Part shown: in pieces, positions 40,951-54,692 of the stretch
Numbering within the stretch: the stretch's first letter is position 1
Layout: every line of letters starts with the position of its first letter
DNA from: Camelus ferus
Lineage: Eukaryota
Reading direction: 5' to 3'
Assembly (NCBI RefSeq): GCF_009834535.1
Contig: NC_045697.1
Coordinates: 47,742,001-47,806,000, forward strand
DNA length: 64,000 nucleotides
Notes under the pieces: model-generated
Told to the model about the DNA's origin: nothing
The model's input: the letters and a program-made list of their open reading frames with translations, nothing else
The model's database searches: none
Made by a program: the position numbers and the translations under genes

Positions 40951-42624
40951 TGAAGAGCAATGAATATAGCCCCACCTAAATGCAAATTTAAACCCCAGAA
41001 TGCAAAAATCCCCCCAAAATAATCTTTAACTGCTAGTTTCTTCTAACACCCCAATTTAATTATTTTTAACAATGTAGTTATTTCAAGTTTTACTGTGAAT
41101 TAGGCTCCTGCTAAATATTAATATCCATGATTTATAAACTACAAATTTATCCTTTATGCTTCACATAATTATAATCTTGCCATTTCCAGAACTATGCTCC
41201 TTTTGGAAGTTATACATTTGAAAATTATGCTCAGCTAATGTACAAAAGGATAAGCGAGGCCATTCTGCACAATGACAGCCTTTATATCAACTAGAGGAAA
41301 AATGCTTTTCTTCATTTGTCGACTTCTAGAAAAAATTTCCCATGGCATTTTTTCTCCTAATGACAATGGGAAAATCATTTTTTGCAACACACAGCTGCAC
41401 TTTAGGAACAGCGTGGATTTATAACTTCAAAGACTCTGAGCATAGAGGAGTTAATGGTTTGAGGGCCATTCATTAACTGAACTCGAAGATGAATGAGAAA
41501 GTGGCAGAGTTTAGAAAGGCCTCTTTGGCCCTCAGAGCCCAATTCTGCACTCTATCTACCACGGTAGTTTGTAAGTCAAGTTCCAAAAATAAGGGAAATT
41601 CTTTTTCAATAGAAAAAACAGCTTGAAACTTAGTATAATTTTGAGAACTTTTTACTTTCCTGTAGTCGAACAATCAACTGGCTCTCAAATTCCAGAGGTG
41701 TTCAAAACTTTCTTCTTTAGCATATAGTTTAGTATTAGAAACTGTTCAGTACATTTAAAATGTTCTCTCCACCAAGTGAATTAGCTTCCTTCTAATTTGG
41801 AACTTAAGGCTTTTGCTTTCTGCATGTTCATAAATCACTGTTCATGTTTTGCTTGAGTATAATGTTCTTATATGACATAAACTCTGCCCACTCTATGTGC
41901 ACCCACAATTACTTGAAGAGTGAGGAAGCACAGCTTTAGGGTCAATTGGTTCTGAGTCACAAGTTTGCAATGTCATGGTCTTCAATGACATTTGTTACAC
42001 ATTGTCAACGTGGCTGATTCCAAATAAATTTTGAAAAAATGAAGTTTGAAGGGCCAGATTCAATGTATATTTCCTCCTATCTATTTTGATAAGGAGCCCA
42101 GATGCCTGGCTAACTTCATAATATGTGTTCTCCAGGTGGACCAAAGGAGAAGTCAGATGACCTGGAGTTTGTATTCCAGAGTCAGAGACAAATTAAAAAC
42201 TTGGAATTCACAAAACAAAAGGCAATTGAAAGTCAAAATAAAGGATCCACGTGTAATTCAAAGGAAAGGCCCCTTCGGTCCCACCAATTTGTGACTTGTG
42301 TTAACATACAGTTACTAAGCCCACTAACAATTCTCACCTGGCTCATTTCAGGTGCCTCTCCATCCCCCTTCTTGTGTCTAAGAGTCCCCAGGAGAGGATG
42401 TGGGGACAGGGACCCAGGGGGAAATGCCTTCCAAACAGGCAAAGCTACGGCCTCCAGCTCTGTCATCACTGCCTGGCTGCTGCTCTCTGACTTTCAGTGC
42501 TACTGTCTGTTCCTTAGGCCCGCAAGTTGGTGGTCTTGACATTTCTCTGGAAGTCTTCAGATGTGAGTCACAAAAAGACCAAGTACAAGTAGTTAAAATT
42601 TCTCTAAAAAGAGAGAATTAAAAG

Positions 42625-44450
42625 ACCAATACTGATGGGCAGGAAGGGTGAACAGTGCATAAAAGAAATGTAAATGGCCCTTAAATATATGAACACAGAA
42701 ATGCTATTAAAATTATGCTGAGTTACCATTTCTTACTCATCAAATCCAAAAGTTTAACATAATTACTCATAAAAGAAGAATCATTTCAAGTGACCTTAAA
42801 ACACAGAGGCTTGACTATCCATAGTGGAGTACATTCTAAAGAACAAAAAAATCTTAAACTATTTTCAGGAATCATATTGATCAATTCAGTATCAGTTTGA
42901 CTCATCTGAAATTATTACAGATATGGAGTAGCCCAGTGTATATATGTAATTACACTAGTGTCACTGGGAAACAAGCTTTTCAAAATAAGAGAAAAGACAC
43001 AGTGAAAACAAAATACTCCTAAATTTGAAATGGAATTAAGTATAAACTCCTGCTTTATTTTCTCCTTAAAAAGAAATACGTATTTCCTAACTCTGTCCAC
43101 TGAAAGGGCCAGGAAACAATAATCAATCCAGGAACAATAAGCAGTTCTAAGCACCTAGAGTTTGGTCCCTGAATACGACTTCCCACTAAAAGGAACCAGA
43201 GCTCACTGAAAAACCAGCTGACTCTAGACTGAGGCAGGAAGTGTACACCATGCGGATGGAACATCTTTTATCCTAGAAGTCAAGGAATTTGTCACAGTGT
43301 ACGGGGGTCTTATCTAAAGGACTCAAGAGCAAATGTAAAGACGTTCTCGCTACCCAAAGATGGAACAAACTGAGCAGCTGAAGGAATATCACCAGCAATG
43401 AAATGCTACACCTCCAACATGTTAAACATCCATGAATCCACAATAATACAGTTTTAAAAAGTCAAAAAGGGGAAATCTCACTGGTCCCCTTTGGTGAATG
43501 CCAGAGAACCAATCATTATTCTGAAAACTGGTAAATAAAAGAGAAAAAAGCAACCAAAATTTTACCCTGCTTTTCCTCTCTGAACTGTGCCTTAAGGGTA
43601 ACCAGATACATACTACAGGGAAGCTTTATCTTTTAGGTGGAGTTGAGCTCACAAATGAGGAAGCAATGACAGAATTGGAATATTATTATTTTGCTAAAGT
43701 CTAATAAAATTCGAGATCCAAGTTATGGTCACTGACAGCTGCTAACACTATTAGGTGAAAAGCTGATGGGTAACTCAGTCAGACTGATAACACCTGAACA
43801 TACTTATCACTCTTAACATCACAAAAAAAGGGATAAGCATGCACTTCTTGATGAAAGTAGTTTTGTTATCTAAGTTAAATTCTTGCAAAAAAAAAAAAAA
43901 AAAAAAGAGGGAGAGAGAACCTGAGTGAGTCAACAGTTTAACCAGGAATTTACAGACAACACTAAGGACAGAAAAATATGTTAAATGATACCACAGAAAT
44001 GCACTCAGAAAAATATGTAAAGTAGGACAGACCAGGACAGAACTTCAACAAATAAATTGCAAGGCAAAAAAGGTGGATATGCTTAAAGATTAAAAGAGAT
44101 GGGTAGACTATATTTGTATCAGGATTTAAACAATCCAAATATAAACAATAACCCATGAAAAACATCAGAAAAATTTGAACACTGACAGGATAGTTGATGG
44201 TACTAAGAAATGTGGTCAAATTTTAAAGCATGATAACAGTATTGTGATTATAAGGTTGTTTTAAACTATTGTCATTTAGTGATACATACTATCATATTTC
44301 CTAATGAAATAATCCATTGGGTAAATGAACAGAAGACAAGTTTGGTCAGGAACTGATAATTATTAATACTGGGTGATGGAAACATACAGGTTTATTATAC
44401 TAGTCTTTCTGCTTTTGTATATGTTTGAAATTTTCTTAAGTAAAAAAAAA
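42625..44450 (+). mobile_element. L1MC/L1MD-class 3' region, fragmented
   Basis: tatttcctaactctgtccactgaaagggcc...ttcccactaaaaggaaccagagctc...gaaaatttgaacactgacagga...tatgtttgaaattttc. Confidence 0.8.
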
Positions 44451-44459
44451 AAGATTTAC

Positions 44460-45299
44460 ATAATGCAATATCCAAAGAAGACATACATAGCACATGAAAC
44501 AATGCTCAATATCATTAGCCATCAGGAAAATGCAAATCAAAACCACAGTGAGATCCCAATTATACCAATTATGATGGCTACAATCAAAACCTCAGGAAAT
44601 AACCACGGTTGTAAAGGATGTGGGGAAATTGGAACCCTCATACATTGCAGGTGGGACTATAAAATGGTGCAGCCACTTTGGTGAACAGCTTGGCAGTTCC
44701 TTAAATGATTAAACATAGAGTGACCATGTGACTAGCAATTCCACTGCTAGGTATAAATGCAAGAGAGCTGAAAACATATACTCACACACAAACTTGCTCA
44801 CTAAAGTTTATAGCAGCATTATTCACAAGAGCCAAAAGTAGAAGCAGCCCTAATTGCATCAACTGATGAATGGATAAACAAAAAGCAGTATATCCATACA
44901 ACGGAATATTATTTGGCAATAAAAAGGAATGAAGCACTGATACATGCTACAAGCTGGATGAACTTTGAAAAGATTATGCTAAGTGAAAGAAGCCAGTCAC
45001 AAAAGACCACATAGTGAATTATCTCATTTAGCGGAAATGTCCAGAATAAGTTAAGCTATACAGACAGAAAGCAGAACAGTGGCTGGCTACGGCGGGGCAG
45101 GGTGAGGAGTAGGGAATAACACTGGGAGGGAGATGGTGACTGCTAAAAGGTAGGGGCTCTCTTTTATGCAGTGATAAAATGTTCTAAAATTGATTGTGGT
45201 GAAGGTTGCACAACTCTGCAGATGTACTAAAAACCACTGAATTGTATACTTTTAAATGACTTAATCATATGGTATGTAAATCCTATCATAATAAATCTG

Positions 45300-45300
<1 letters not shown>
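44460..45300 (+). mobile_element. L1MB-class ORF2 end and 3' UTR (L1MB7/8-like)
   Basis: aatgcaaatcaaaaccacagtgagat...aaaaggaatgaagcactgatacatgctaca...gttctaaaattgattgtggtgaaggttgcacaactctg; ORF2 remnant GCGEIGTLIHCRWDYKMVQPLW. Confidence 0.9.

Positions 45301-45333
<33 letters not shown>
45301..45333. repeat. (CAT)11 microsatellite at the L1 tail
   Basis: Perfect repeat, directly visible. Confidence 0.95.
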
Positions 45334-45334
45334 A

Positions 45335-45790
45335 CAGTGGTGGCTGAAACAAGTGGCTAAACAATAAGGAAATTTTTTCTTAACTAAGAAGTTCAAAGGT
45401 AAGGTGTTTCTAGGCTTGGTTAATTCAGTAGGTCGACAGCAACACTAAGGACCCCAATTCTGTTCTTTCTGTTCTGACATGCTAAGGTGGCACTCTGTCC
45501 TTAAGCTTGGTCCCCTGATGACCAGAGTATTTCTGTAGCTGTTCCACAGCAGCAGATACAACCACAGCCAGAGGAACAATAGATGGACTCTCTCCTGAAT
45601 ATCCTTTTGAGATTTCCCAGAATCTTGCAATACATTTCCCTTTGCCTCTCAGTGTCCAGCATGGCATCTTATGCCATGCCTTGACCCATCACAAGCCAGG
45701 GAAGGGAAGCATGGACATGCCTAGATCATCGGCCTTCAAACTGACGGTATTAGAGTTCGGTGCCCCTGGGGCTGCATGAAGTCTTTGCAA
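45335..45790 (-). mobile_element. Old MaLR LTR (MLT1J/K/L-like); probable continuation at ~46985-47135
   Basis: gtggctaaacaataaggaaattttttcttaactaagaagttcaaaggt...cactaaggaccccaattc...ccttgacccatcacaagccagggaa. Confidence 0.55.
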
Positions 45791-45899
45791 GGACACAGTG
45801 AGAACAGATAATTTAAAGCAATTTCAAGACCCCACATCCGTATGCTTTCTAAGAATAGGCTAAGCCTTTCACTAACTTTCCATGCTATAAAAGAGAGGC

Positions 45900-46975
45900 A
45901 TATCTCTCCCCTATCCTGAATTTTCATTCAGTGTAATGCTCTGATATGTTAAAATCTCAGGAACACCAAACACGGGCCATTTTGAAATATCAATGTAGGT
46001 GTTAAGAAGGTACTCTAATAATTCACAACTCATCCTTCTGCAGATCAGGCAATTAGGAATCCTTTGCCTTTAATAAAATTGAAGAGGGACCTAATCAAGT
46101 TGTCAGCTGATCATTAAAAATTATTTTTAATGATAGATTACAATTGATTTTTGGCCTATAACTTAGAAGTTTAGAAGGAGTTCAAAGAGGCCATAATAAA
46201 TTCCTTCCTTTCCTATCTACTTATTATGTGAACAGGATTTCACTGAGTTTACATCCAGACAAGTGAAAAATGGGAATAGAATTGATGCTGAACTGTGTCT
46301 CATCTAGCAATAAGTAATATGCATTCTACATGAGCTAATTGAAGGGAAAAAAGGCCCATCCATCTCATTAAGAGATGTGTTTCCAATAAAACTGTACTTC
46401 CTAACATTTAACAAGTATTTATCAAAACTTGTAATGTATTTGTGTTGTTTTGCTCAACTGTGATAACTCAATTCAAAAGAAATTATTTAACGTTCAAAAG
46501 CCTTATGTTCACAGGAAACATTACAAATGTTTTACTTTAAATTTATATACATATTTTGTTGCAGAGAAGTATAATAGGGCAATCAATAAAAGACTTTCAA
46601 GCATAAATATAAATTACATAAGGATAAATTCTGTGGGTAAATTGGATCAGAAATGAAAGTTTGAGAAAGAAACAATGTACATTTCCTACAAAGATGAGTT
46701 GGTGTATTTTTTATAGATGATGGTTGGAATCAAACTGCTATAGTATTCAGATTCCATTGAGTATCATTGAGTGTACTGACATTTTAGGATAGAACTGTAA
46801 CAGTCCTTAAATGTCAATGTTTTCCATATGCAAAAAATTACATCCACTGCAACTCATGCATTTTATGATAAAAAATTTTAAGTACGAAACTGTAAGTGTT
46901 TAAAGAGGAATACTGTTTTCAAAATTATTTTTGAGGGGATATGAGTAGAAAAGAAGAAACAGAAAAAGAGCACTG
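45900..46975 (+). mobile_element. hAT-Charlie DNA transposon remnant (transposase C-terminus and 3' end)
   Basis: tcctatctacttattatgtgaacaggatttc...ggaatagaattgatgctgaac...ccatccatctcattaa; hAT dimerisation-like STY.CEQ.F motif. Confidence 0.75.
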
Positions 46976-47499
46976 ACTTAGGTCAAAGAAAATTCATCAC
47001 CAAGCCTGGGGAGGGGCCCCACCTCTTCTAAAGGATATGGTCATGAGGAAAGTGCCTGGAAATAATTAGTTCCCTGAGGAAGGAGGGAAGGGGAAGAAGA
47101 ACAAATCCTTCTTATGTAAGTAGATTTTCTGTCCACCGATTCTTGACCTACAATGCCCTGAGGCAGCTGCCACGGCCTAGAGTTCCCTGCCATCTACTTC
47201 CAGACTCTGTGGCACCTATATATCTCTAGGTGACATGAGCAGGTGGGTGGAGGTTCCATCATAATGAGGCTGGGAGAGCCAGTGATAAGATTCTTGCCAA
47301 TTTATCTCCCAGATTTGTAAGAGGGTCTGAATCCCAAGGAGTATGGTTCTCTCAGTTTTACACCCAGCATCTCCTTTCCAGGTGAAAAATCACTCTGAGA
47401 GCCTGGGGCAGGGGGAGAGTGGTAAGTCCGTGTGTTGCTCAAAACTATACTTAGAATCACTGTTCTTTCTTGGTCATAAGTTTTCCTACAAAGTCTATG

Positions 47500-47690
47500 C
47501 AGGTGTTGTCCAATACGGTAGCTACTAGCCACATGTGGCTATTTATATTTAATTAAGAATAAGATTTATAATCCGCTTCCTCCAGTTTCACACTAGCCAC
47601 ATTTCAAATGCTCAATAGTCACATGTAGAGTGGCCACCAACACACATATAGAACATTTTCACTGTTGCAGCAAGTTCTGGAAGGTTCCAC
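47500..47690. mobile_element. MER3-like Charlie MITE
   Basis: gttgtccaatacggtagctactagccacatgtggctattt...cacactagccacatttcaaatgctcaatagtcacatgt. Confidence 0.85.
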
Positions 47691-48591
47691 AGCGTCAAAC
47701 GTCATCCTCATTTGTGGGATTCTTCTCTCCGGAAACCTGTTGTCCCTCCTTAGTCTTGCTTGCTTATCCTTGGCTCCATACTGTCCCATCCTCTGAGCCT
47801 AAGACATCACATCACATGTCTGAATTCCAGTTATTCTCAGGGCTGAAGCTCCTTCCTGTGGGGATACCAGGCCCCTGACAAATCACAGAATATAGCTAAA
47901 CACTAGTTTAACATATACAAGCTTTCAGCGCCAGGTAGGGAGGTCTTGTTTTTCTAGCACAGGAAGGAGGACGGATTTGGGGGCAGCATATGCCAACATC
48001 ATCCACCTGCACATCTCAGTTCAATTCGGATTCAGCAAGACGTCTTAGGACAGATTTAAAAGGTAATGTAGTTATGAAGAATTTAAAAGGAAAAAAAGCA
48101 TAGCCTTGCCACACAAATGGAAGATCAGAAGTCAACTGAGAATAAATATTCCATAACTAGAAAAGAATTTCAGGTGGTAAAGTGAGCCCAAAACGAATGC
48201 ATCCCAAGACGCACCTCATGGAATGTGTGCATCTCATGTGTGTCTTGTAAAGCAGCTTTGTACAGTTTAAACAAGTATTTCTGGCAAAAGCAGAATTGAG
48301 CATAGAAAATATTATTTCACACTGCATTTCACAAAGCAGACACATCACTAGCTATTCACACGTACAAACTCTGGACAATAGAATATTTCTTATTAAGATA
48401 AAACCTATTCCACTTAGAAAAGGTTGTTTTTTTTTTTTTTGCTGACATCTCTTCTATGATAGAAAAAAATGACTTAAATGTGTGTCTGTACATATATATA
48501 TGGACACGGAAATATATATATATATATACAAACACACACACATATAAAATGACCAGGAAATAAGGCTCAACAGCTTTGCCCAAGCACTTAC

Positions 48592-48714
48592 CTAGGCTTC
48601 TACTCCTAAACGCCTGAGCGCACCAGCCTCTCCTCTACATAACCCTGCTGAACACAGCAGTTACTCCTCCTCCTCTAACCCGCAGCAGTCCGTACAGGAA
48701 TGCTCTCTGCAGCC
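48592..48714 (-). other. Candidate non-coding exon (123 nt)
   Basis: tgatttattccctcag|GGCTGC...GCCTAG|gtaagt; stops in all three frames; purine-rich, 4 CpGs, non-repeat. Confidence 0.35.
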
Positions 48715-50718
48715 CTGAGGGAATAAATCAATCAAGCCCTTCCAGACATACACACTGTGGTATCTATTTTGGCTATTCATACAGACCTTTGTCGTTAGTT
48801 CCTGTTTCTTAGCTGTGCCCCAAACAGGTGAGTTGGCCAAAGAGCTGAGTAATCAAAGGCGAGATGTCATTCCTTTTGTGTGGTATGTGTTGCACATAGT
48901 AGCACACCTATTGATGCTTGGGCCCAATCAGGGATCCAAAACATGGCAGTTTTCAAGACAGGACTAATGGCAGAATAGTTTTAATGGTTAGACACCAAAA
49001 AAAAAAAAATCATTAATGATTAGATACCAAAAAAACAAACAGACAAACAAAAAAAAGGTTACACACACACACAAAAACTACAATAAGGAGATAACTGTAA
49101 ATATTGAAAACGAAAGCTCTTAGGTCTGGCTCCTAATTTTTTCCATGTTTTATTACATCATCAGTTTGGGGTAAAAAAATGAGATGTTAGAACAGAGGAA
49201 TGTAGATGAGAAAAGCTGAGGCATATACCAAAGAAGAAGAAGGAGGAGCAGGAGGAGGCGGAGGGGACACAGAGTTTAGGAACCATGCCCAAAAGCAGAG
49301 ACATAGAACAACTTCCACACTAACACTGAGCTGTTTCTGACATCCACACAAAGAATCTTTACAAGGAGATAAAACAATAAGAAATGAAACAAAGCATTAA
49401 GCCATGATTTTTAAGGAAGGTTCTAGCTATAAAAAGCCATGCGATGCCAATGGCCCCCAAAGTTTTTTTCAGAAAGACCCTTTTAACTTACATTTCTGTT
49501 TCTTTGTTCTTTCTCTCCAGTATATCCCCCAATGTTTGCATACAGTTCTCTTACATAAATACTCAAATATTTTGGACTCACACTGACAGAAAATTACATG
49601 GGTCCTTCCACACAAGACATCTTCAATATCCTATTCTTTCCTACCCAATTCCCACCTACGTTCCTTTGCCTGAACTACCAAAACTCAGTCAGCTTCTCTT
49701 CGGTTTGAATCAGTGGCATCTATAATCCTTGAGCTGTAAGGACTCCCCTCTACCATACAAAACTCATGCTGAGAAATATCAGCACAAGCATGAAATGCAA
49801 CTTACGTCTTAACATTGAGTCACTAACATTCTTTGATTAAATACAAATGGGCTGTGTTTTGATCTCCTTTCCCTAAAAGCAGTCTTTGAGGGTCTCATTG
49901 AAGAGAAGAAAATAAGTTTAATATCCTAAATAAAGTTTCCTTACACTTGGAAAGGAAAGCTTAATTCATAGCTACTAAATTAAGGATAGGGAAATTAACA
50001 AACTTCTTAATTTCTCCAATATCACAAAACTTCTATCTTTCTTCCATATTTTTAGGAGTCAAAGAGGGGGAATTTTTCCTTTTGGACACTGTAACTCCAA
50101 AAACCCTAGAAATGATAACCCTTTCAGATAACGGTGTGAAGCTCCTAATACCTGAAGTGCCCTGGTTTACCTTCCTCTGCTCCCATTCCTCACAGTTGGA
50201 CAACGAGTTTGCCACGGAAGCTGTACAGCAAATCATCAACTCATTCCAGAGGACTAGCCCCCACTCATTGAGCTCCATCTTTCCAGTCAATACATTTTCA
50301 GTCTCCATTACAGGCTGTTTTCTCTTTGTACCAGTCATTTATCAAAGGAAGATAAATGAAACAAAGAACTAAGTATCCAAGAAATGTTCCAAACAAGCAT
50401 TTCAAGAAAACAATAAAACATTCCGTTTCAAAATGCATTAATATCTAACCTACCACCCATTTACTTCACACCCTTCCAAGTCACCAAAAAAAAATAAAAA
50501 CCAACATGGCCCTAATTCATCAATTCTGCCCATGTCTTTTGCTGTGTATTCTTTTCAAATAAGTAAAGGTATATTATAGAGTGAAATGGGTCCAACTTTC
50601 TTAACTTCAGGTAAAGGCAAGTAAACATGGGTGCTAGCCCAGGGCTGACCACAACGGGGGTAATCAAGAGAGAAGGCGACCTGATTCCGATGATGCTTTC
50701 TCTAGCCTTGTTGATCAG

Positions 50719-50739
50719 GCCAATCAAGCAGATGGCAGC
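50719..50739. promoter_or_regulatory. CCAAT box overlapping a CTCF-like/E-box motif
   Basis: GGCCAATCA (NF-Y consensus) overlapping CAAGCAGATGGCAGC (one mismatch to the CTCF core CCASYAGRKGGCRSY); motif match only. Confidence 0.25.
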
Positions 50740-50799
50740 TCTCACTTAAGGCTTAGTAAACAAGCCACACAGCCTCTAAATGTCTATTTATCCTTGTGG

Positions 50800-51245
50800 A
50801 GAACATCTGCTCCCGTCTCTCTGGCCAGCATCCTCTCATTGTTAAAACTGCCCTCCTCTACTTGGTCATGTGGATAAATCATAAGGTTTCTTCCTCCCCG
50901 ATGAGAGCGTGATTATATCTGGGGGTACAATCCTTGACTCAACCAGACCAAGCAGAGATTCTCCTCGAACTGTGACTGGCGATATCACTCTGAAAGGCAG
51001 CTCTCAGTGAATACGAGCTATTTGAACTGTGTAAACCAACGCTGCCACCACAAAGAGGCTGCCTAAGATGGTGCCAACCCAGAGTAACGCACAGCCAGGA
51101 GAGGTGCCATGTGAGCACAGGGGCGCAGCTGCACCTGGAGTTAAACTCTTGGGCTTCCAGGTTAAGGGAGCAATAAATTACAGGCTTTGCTTGGGCCAGT
51201 TTGAACTGCGTTTCCATCACTTACACCGAATCCTAAATAATATAA
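50800..51245 (+). mobile_element. Old ERVL/MaLR-type LTR (MLT1J/LTR16-like)
   Basis: 3' end gcaataaatt...tttgcttgggccagtttgaactgcgtttccatcactta...tcctaaataata. Confidence 0.6.
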
Positions 51246-51529
51246 TCTATTTACTTTTTCCTGCTTTGCTTTTCTCCTTGAAAAAGAAACTGGCCTAGGT
51301 GGTCCCTGCCACTTAAAATCTGATTCCTCTCCATCCATCTACCCCTTCTTAATTTTCTCCATCCACAGTTTCTTTATTCTCATAACTCCTATCCCCTCTC
51401 TCCTCTGGTTCCATGCTCTCTACTTACAAGCTTTCTCCCTCAACTTTTGACATAAAATGAGTTTTCCCCCTTATTAGACTCCAATCAGAGAAAGACACAT
51501 TTTAAAAAATAATTTTAATCACAGGGTTT

Positions 51530-52680
51530 GAATTGAGTACTCTGCCTTTCACTTAACATTACCTCATAAATTGTCTACACGGCCAAATGCTCTTCACATC
51601 TATTATTTTAATGGCTATATAATGTCCCATGTCAACTTAATCTACGATGATTTACTTAACCACTCCTCTAATGTCTAATATAGGCATTTAGATAACTTCT
51701 TAGTTTATAATACAAATAATGCTGGAAAGAACACTTTATCTATAATTTTTTGTCTATAATTTTTTATCTATAATTTTTCTTTCTTCTAAATTGATTCCTT
51801 AGAGCAAATTTCCAGAAGTCTCATCAAAACTAGATTTGATCAGTTAAATTTTTTTCTAATAGGTGTAAGACGATATCCTATTATCAGTTTAATTCTTACT
51901 TGGGTTATTAACAATGATTCTTCTTAATATATTTGTTTGCTACCTGTATTTTCTTTATAATACTAATTCTTTGAAAATCTGTATTCTATTTGAGTTTTTT
52001 TAGTTTTACATTGTTAGATATTTTTTGAATTTTGTCAAATTTGTCAATATTGTCTTCCATTCCATTGCCCTTTAAACATCAAGCATCCAAAAAATCAAGC
52101 GTTGGTTTCATCCTTAAGTCAGAGTTCTCTATTAATACCAGCCAACAGGAGTGAAAATTAGTACAACTTCCCTGAAGGGCAATTTGGTGATGTTCATTAT
52201 ACATGTATACAAAATACTTTCTAAAAATGTATATCATGTGGCTCAAAAATTGTATTTCTAAGAAATTTACCCTCAGGAAATAAAGGGGTGCAAGAATGTT
52301 CATCACAGTGTTTCCTACAATACTAATATATTGTAATATGAATACCAATTAATAGGGATGGCTAAAATAAGCTACAGTGTATCCATGAAGGATTTATAAT
52401 ATAGACCAATAAATACTGACATAAAAAGATATTACGTAGTATTAAATTTTTAAAAAGTGACAAAAAATGCCTATTGTGATGTCTGTTTGTTACACACACA
52501 CACATACACTTATAAAAAAAAGTTCTGTAATAAATTTACTTAATATTTAGCAGTAATTATTTTCGTTTGTGGAATTACAGAAATGGGAGAGATGTTTTCC
52601 TTTTTTATATTATATGTTTGTCTGGCTTCTTTTCTTTTAGAACAAGCTTATATTACTTGAAATATAATAAATAAAATAAT
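51530..52680. mobile_element. Degenerate L1ME fragments (- strand to ~52070, then + strand)
   Basis: ttttaatggctatataatgtcc...tttacttaaccactcctc; then gggcaatttgg...aagaatgttcatcacagtgttt. Confidence 0.55.
51737..51778. repeat. 3 x 14-bp tandem repeat t(a/g)tctataattttt
   Basis: Directly visible. Confidence 0.9.
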
Positions 52681-53909
52681 ATGGCTATTCACATTTAGAA
52701 AAACCAAATCATCATCAACAATTGGGATGATATTCTGGATTTTGTGGTTTGGTTTTTTAAAAAACCTAATATTTACCCTTTTCAAGTGTTTTCTTCTTAA
52801 CTCTAATTTATTTATAGTACAAAAAAATGAAATTCTTAGTTTTAAAGATAGACTCTGGCTTACTAAGTATCCTTGACCTTAATAGATTTGCATAAAAACA
52901 CTTCACAGGAATACACATGCCTTGATGCTCACAGTATTTCTTCTATTATGCTTTATATTTATCTCCTGACTTATAATTGAGGTTTTTTCCTCCCAGTCAT
53001 CAGTGAAACAGAGTAAGAAATGTAAAAAGATGTTTTTTCTTCAACAGCTTAATTCATTCTACTAAAGAACCATGAGTTAGTTTCTCTCCTTTTCCTAAGC
53101 ACTTGAGTTATCTTAGTCCCATAAAATCTTCCTGTCTTCTCCTCCTAATTCCTCAAATTATTAAGAATCTTTTCTAGCATTTCATATTTTCCAGAGGTCC
53201 TACCATTCCATAAAGTATCTTATCACAGTTGATCTTTCTTTTAACAAAAATATATTTTAAATGTAGGAATGAGAAACCTGATAAAATTCAAAAAGCTAAC
53301 AAAAGATAATAAGTTCTGTTGTCCAGCATGAGAGTAAAATTATACTCGTCAAAATCTGGGGTAGGATATATAAAATAAAGTTTTCAGTTTAAAAATGTAA
53401 TACAGTAAAATGTACTTTATTTATCTTAATACTATCCAGAACATAATTTAATCTTTGCAAACTGTGAAGTAGAAATGAGCAATGCCAACTAAAGAGGAAA
53501 GAGAAAGATTCCACCACCACCTGAGGGGGAGTCATTATGAACATCCATATTAAAGGAGTGGATTAATGCTTATTAATAGAGAGATTCACTTGACATAATG
53601 CCAGATGATCCTGTTTTTGCTGAACTATTAATGAACATAACAGTACTGACTCACTGTTGGAATATGTCTGCACATTGATCTTTTTTTTCCCAGCAATGAT
53701 GATCGGTTACATGGAGCCACCTACACCCTCTCCAAAGCTCTGCAGAGGAACTATAACCGGACTCTGCTGAAAAAGAGAAGAGGGAGGGACAGGGCAGAGG
53801 AGGCTGCCATGATTTCTCACTTCCAACAATACACTAATCAGTTTGTAGTGATAGAGTTTGAATTCAAGAGCAAATGATTTCCATTTCAAAGGGTCCCCTA
53901 GAAAGTAAT

Positions 53910-54370
53910 TCAAATGCTTTATTCCAGGCCCTATGTGATCTGGAGTTTAAAAACCCCTTTCCAGTGTTTTATCCCACCACTGCTCACACTTTAATCAAAC
54001 TGGACTGCCTTTGCCACTTCTGCATTTATTCATACTGATCCCCTATCTAAAGAGCCATTCCCTCATCTCTTTCAATTCTAAACTGACCCTTATTTTAAGG
54101 CCAAGATCAAAAGTGATTTCCTCCATGAATAACAGTATTATGAATCGCTAGCACACACTTGCTACTTACTAATGGGCACTTAACATGAACTCCCCAGTAC
54201 TTTCAGGTATTATCTCATTTAACCTTACAGGAGCTCTATAATACATGCACAACTATTACCAACATTTTAAAGATGAAGAAAGTAGTCCAAGGTCAAACAG
54301 CAGTGAAGAGCTCAGACTCAGACTCAAGAAGTCTGAATCTAGAGCTCCCACCCTTAACTATGCTTCTATA
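53910..54370. mobile_element. L2 fragment (+) followed by MIR (-)
   Basis: aggccctatgtgatctgg...ttttaaggccaagatcaaaagtgatttcctccatgaa; tattatctcatttaaccttacagg...ttttaaagatgaagaaa. Confidence 0.6.
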
Positions 54371-54429
54371 TTCTGCACTGACACTTATCTCAAACTGCTT
54401 TCAACTGAGTTCATGATCTTACTGTAGGG

Positions 54430-54668
54430 TATCAGAATGTTTTCGGCTACAGTAATATTAAATACTATTTATACTGGCGTAAACAACAAGGGAATTTCTT
54501 AGCTCATATAACAATTCTCCAGGAATGTCAGTTCTTCTGCTGCTTAAATTGGCAGATCAACAACCAAACTCCTTAAGAAACTAAACTCTTCCCATCTTTT
54601 TCCTAATGGTTGCAAAACAGTTGCAGGAGCTCCAGGGATCGCATCTTCACATGACAATGTTCAAAGAC
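54430..54668 (-). mobile_element. Old MaLR LTR (MLT1K/L-like), left part
   Basis: tcagaatgttttcggctacagtaa...taaacaacaagggaatttcttagctcatataac...ggttgcaaaacagttgcaggagctccagg. Confidence 0.55.
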
Positions 54669-54692
54669 TAAGTTTTAAAATTTCCCATTAAT

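Noticed and set aside
42046..42621. Cluster of overlapping ORFs up to 138 aa
   Set aside because: No recognisable protein and no convincing splice context; consistent with chance
48205..48247. 43-nt hairpin caagacgcac...gtgtgtcttg
   Set aside because: Too short and bulged for a pre-miRNA; no miRNA that I recognise
48981..49035. Direct repeat ttaatg(g/a)ttaga(c/t)acc plus A run
   Set aside because: Two-copy local duplication; not an array and no clear insert
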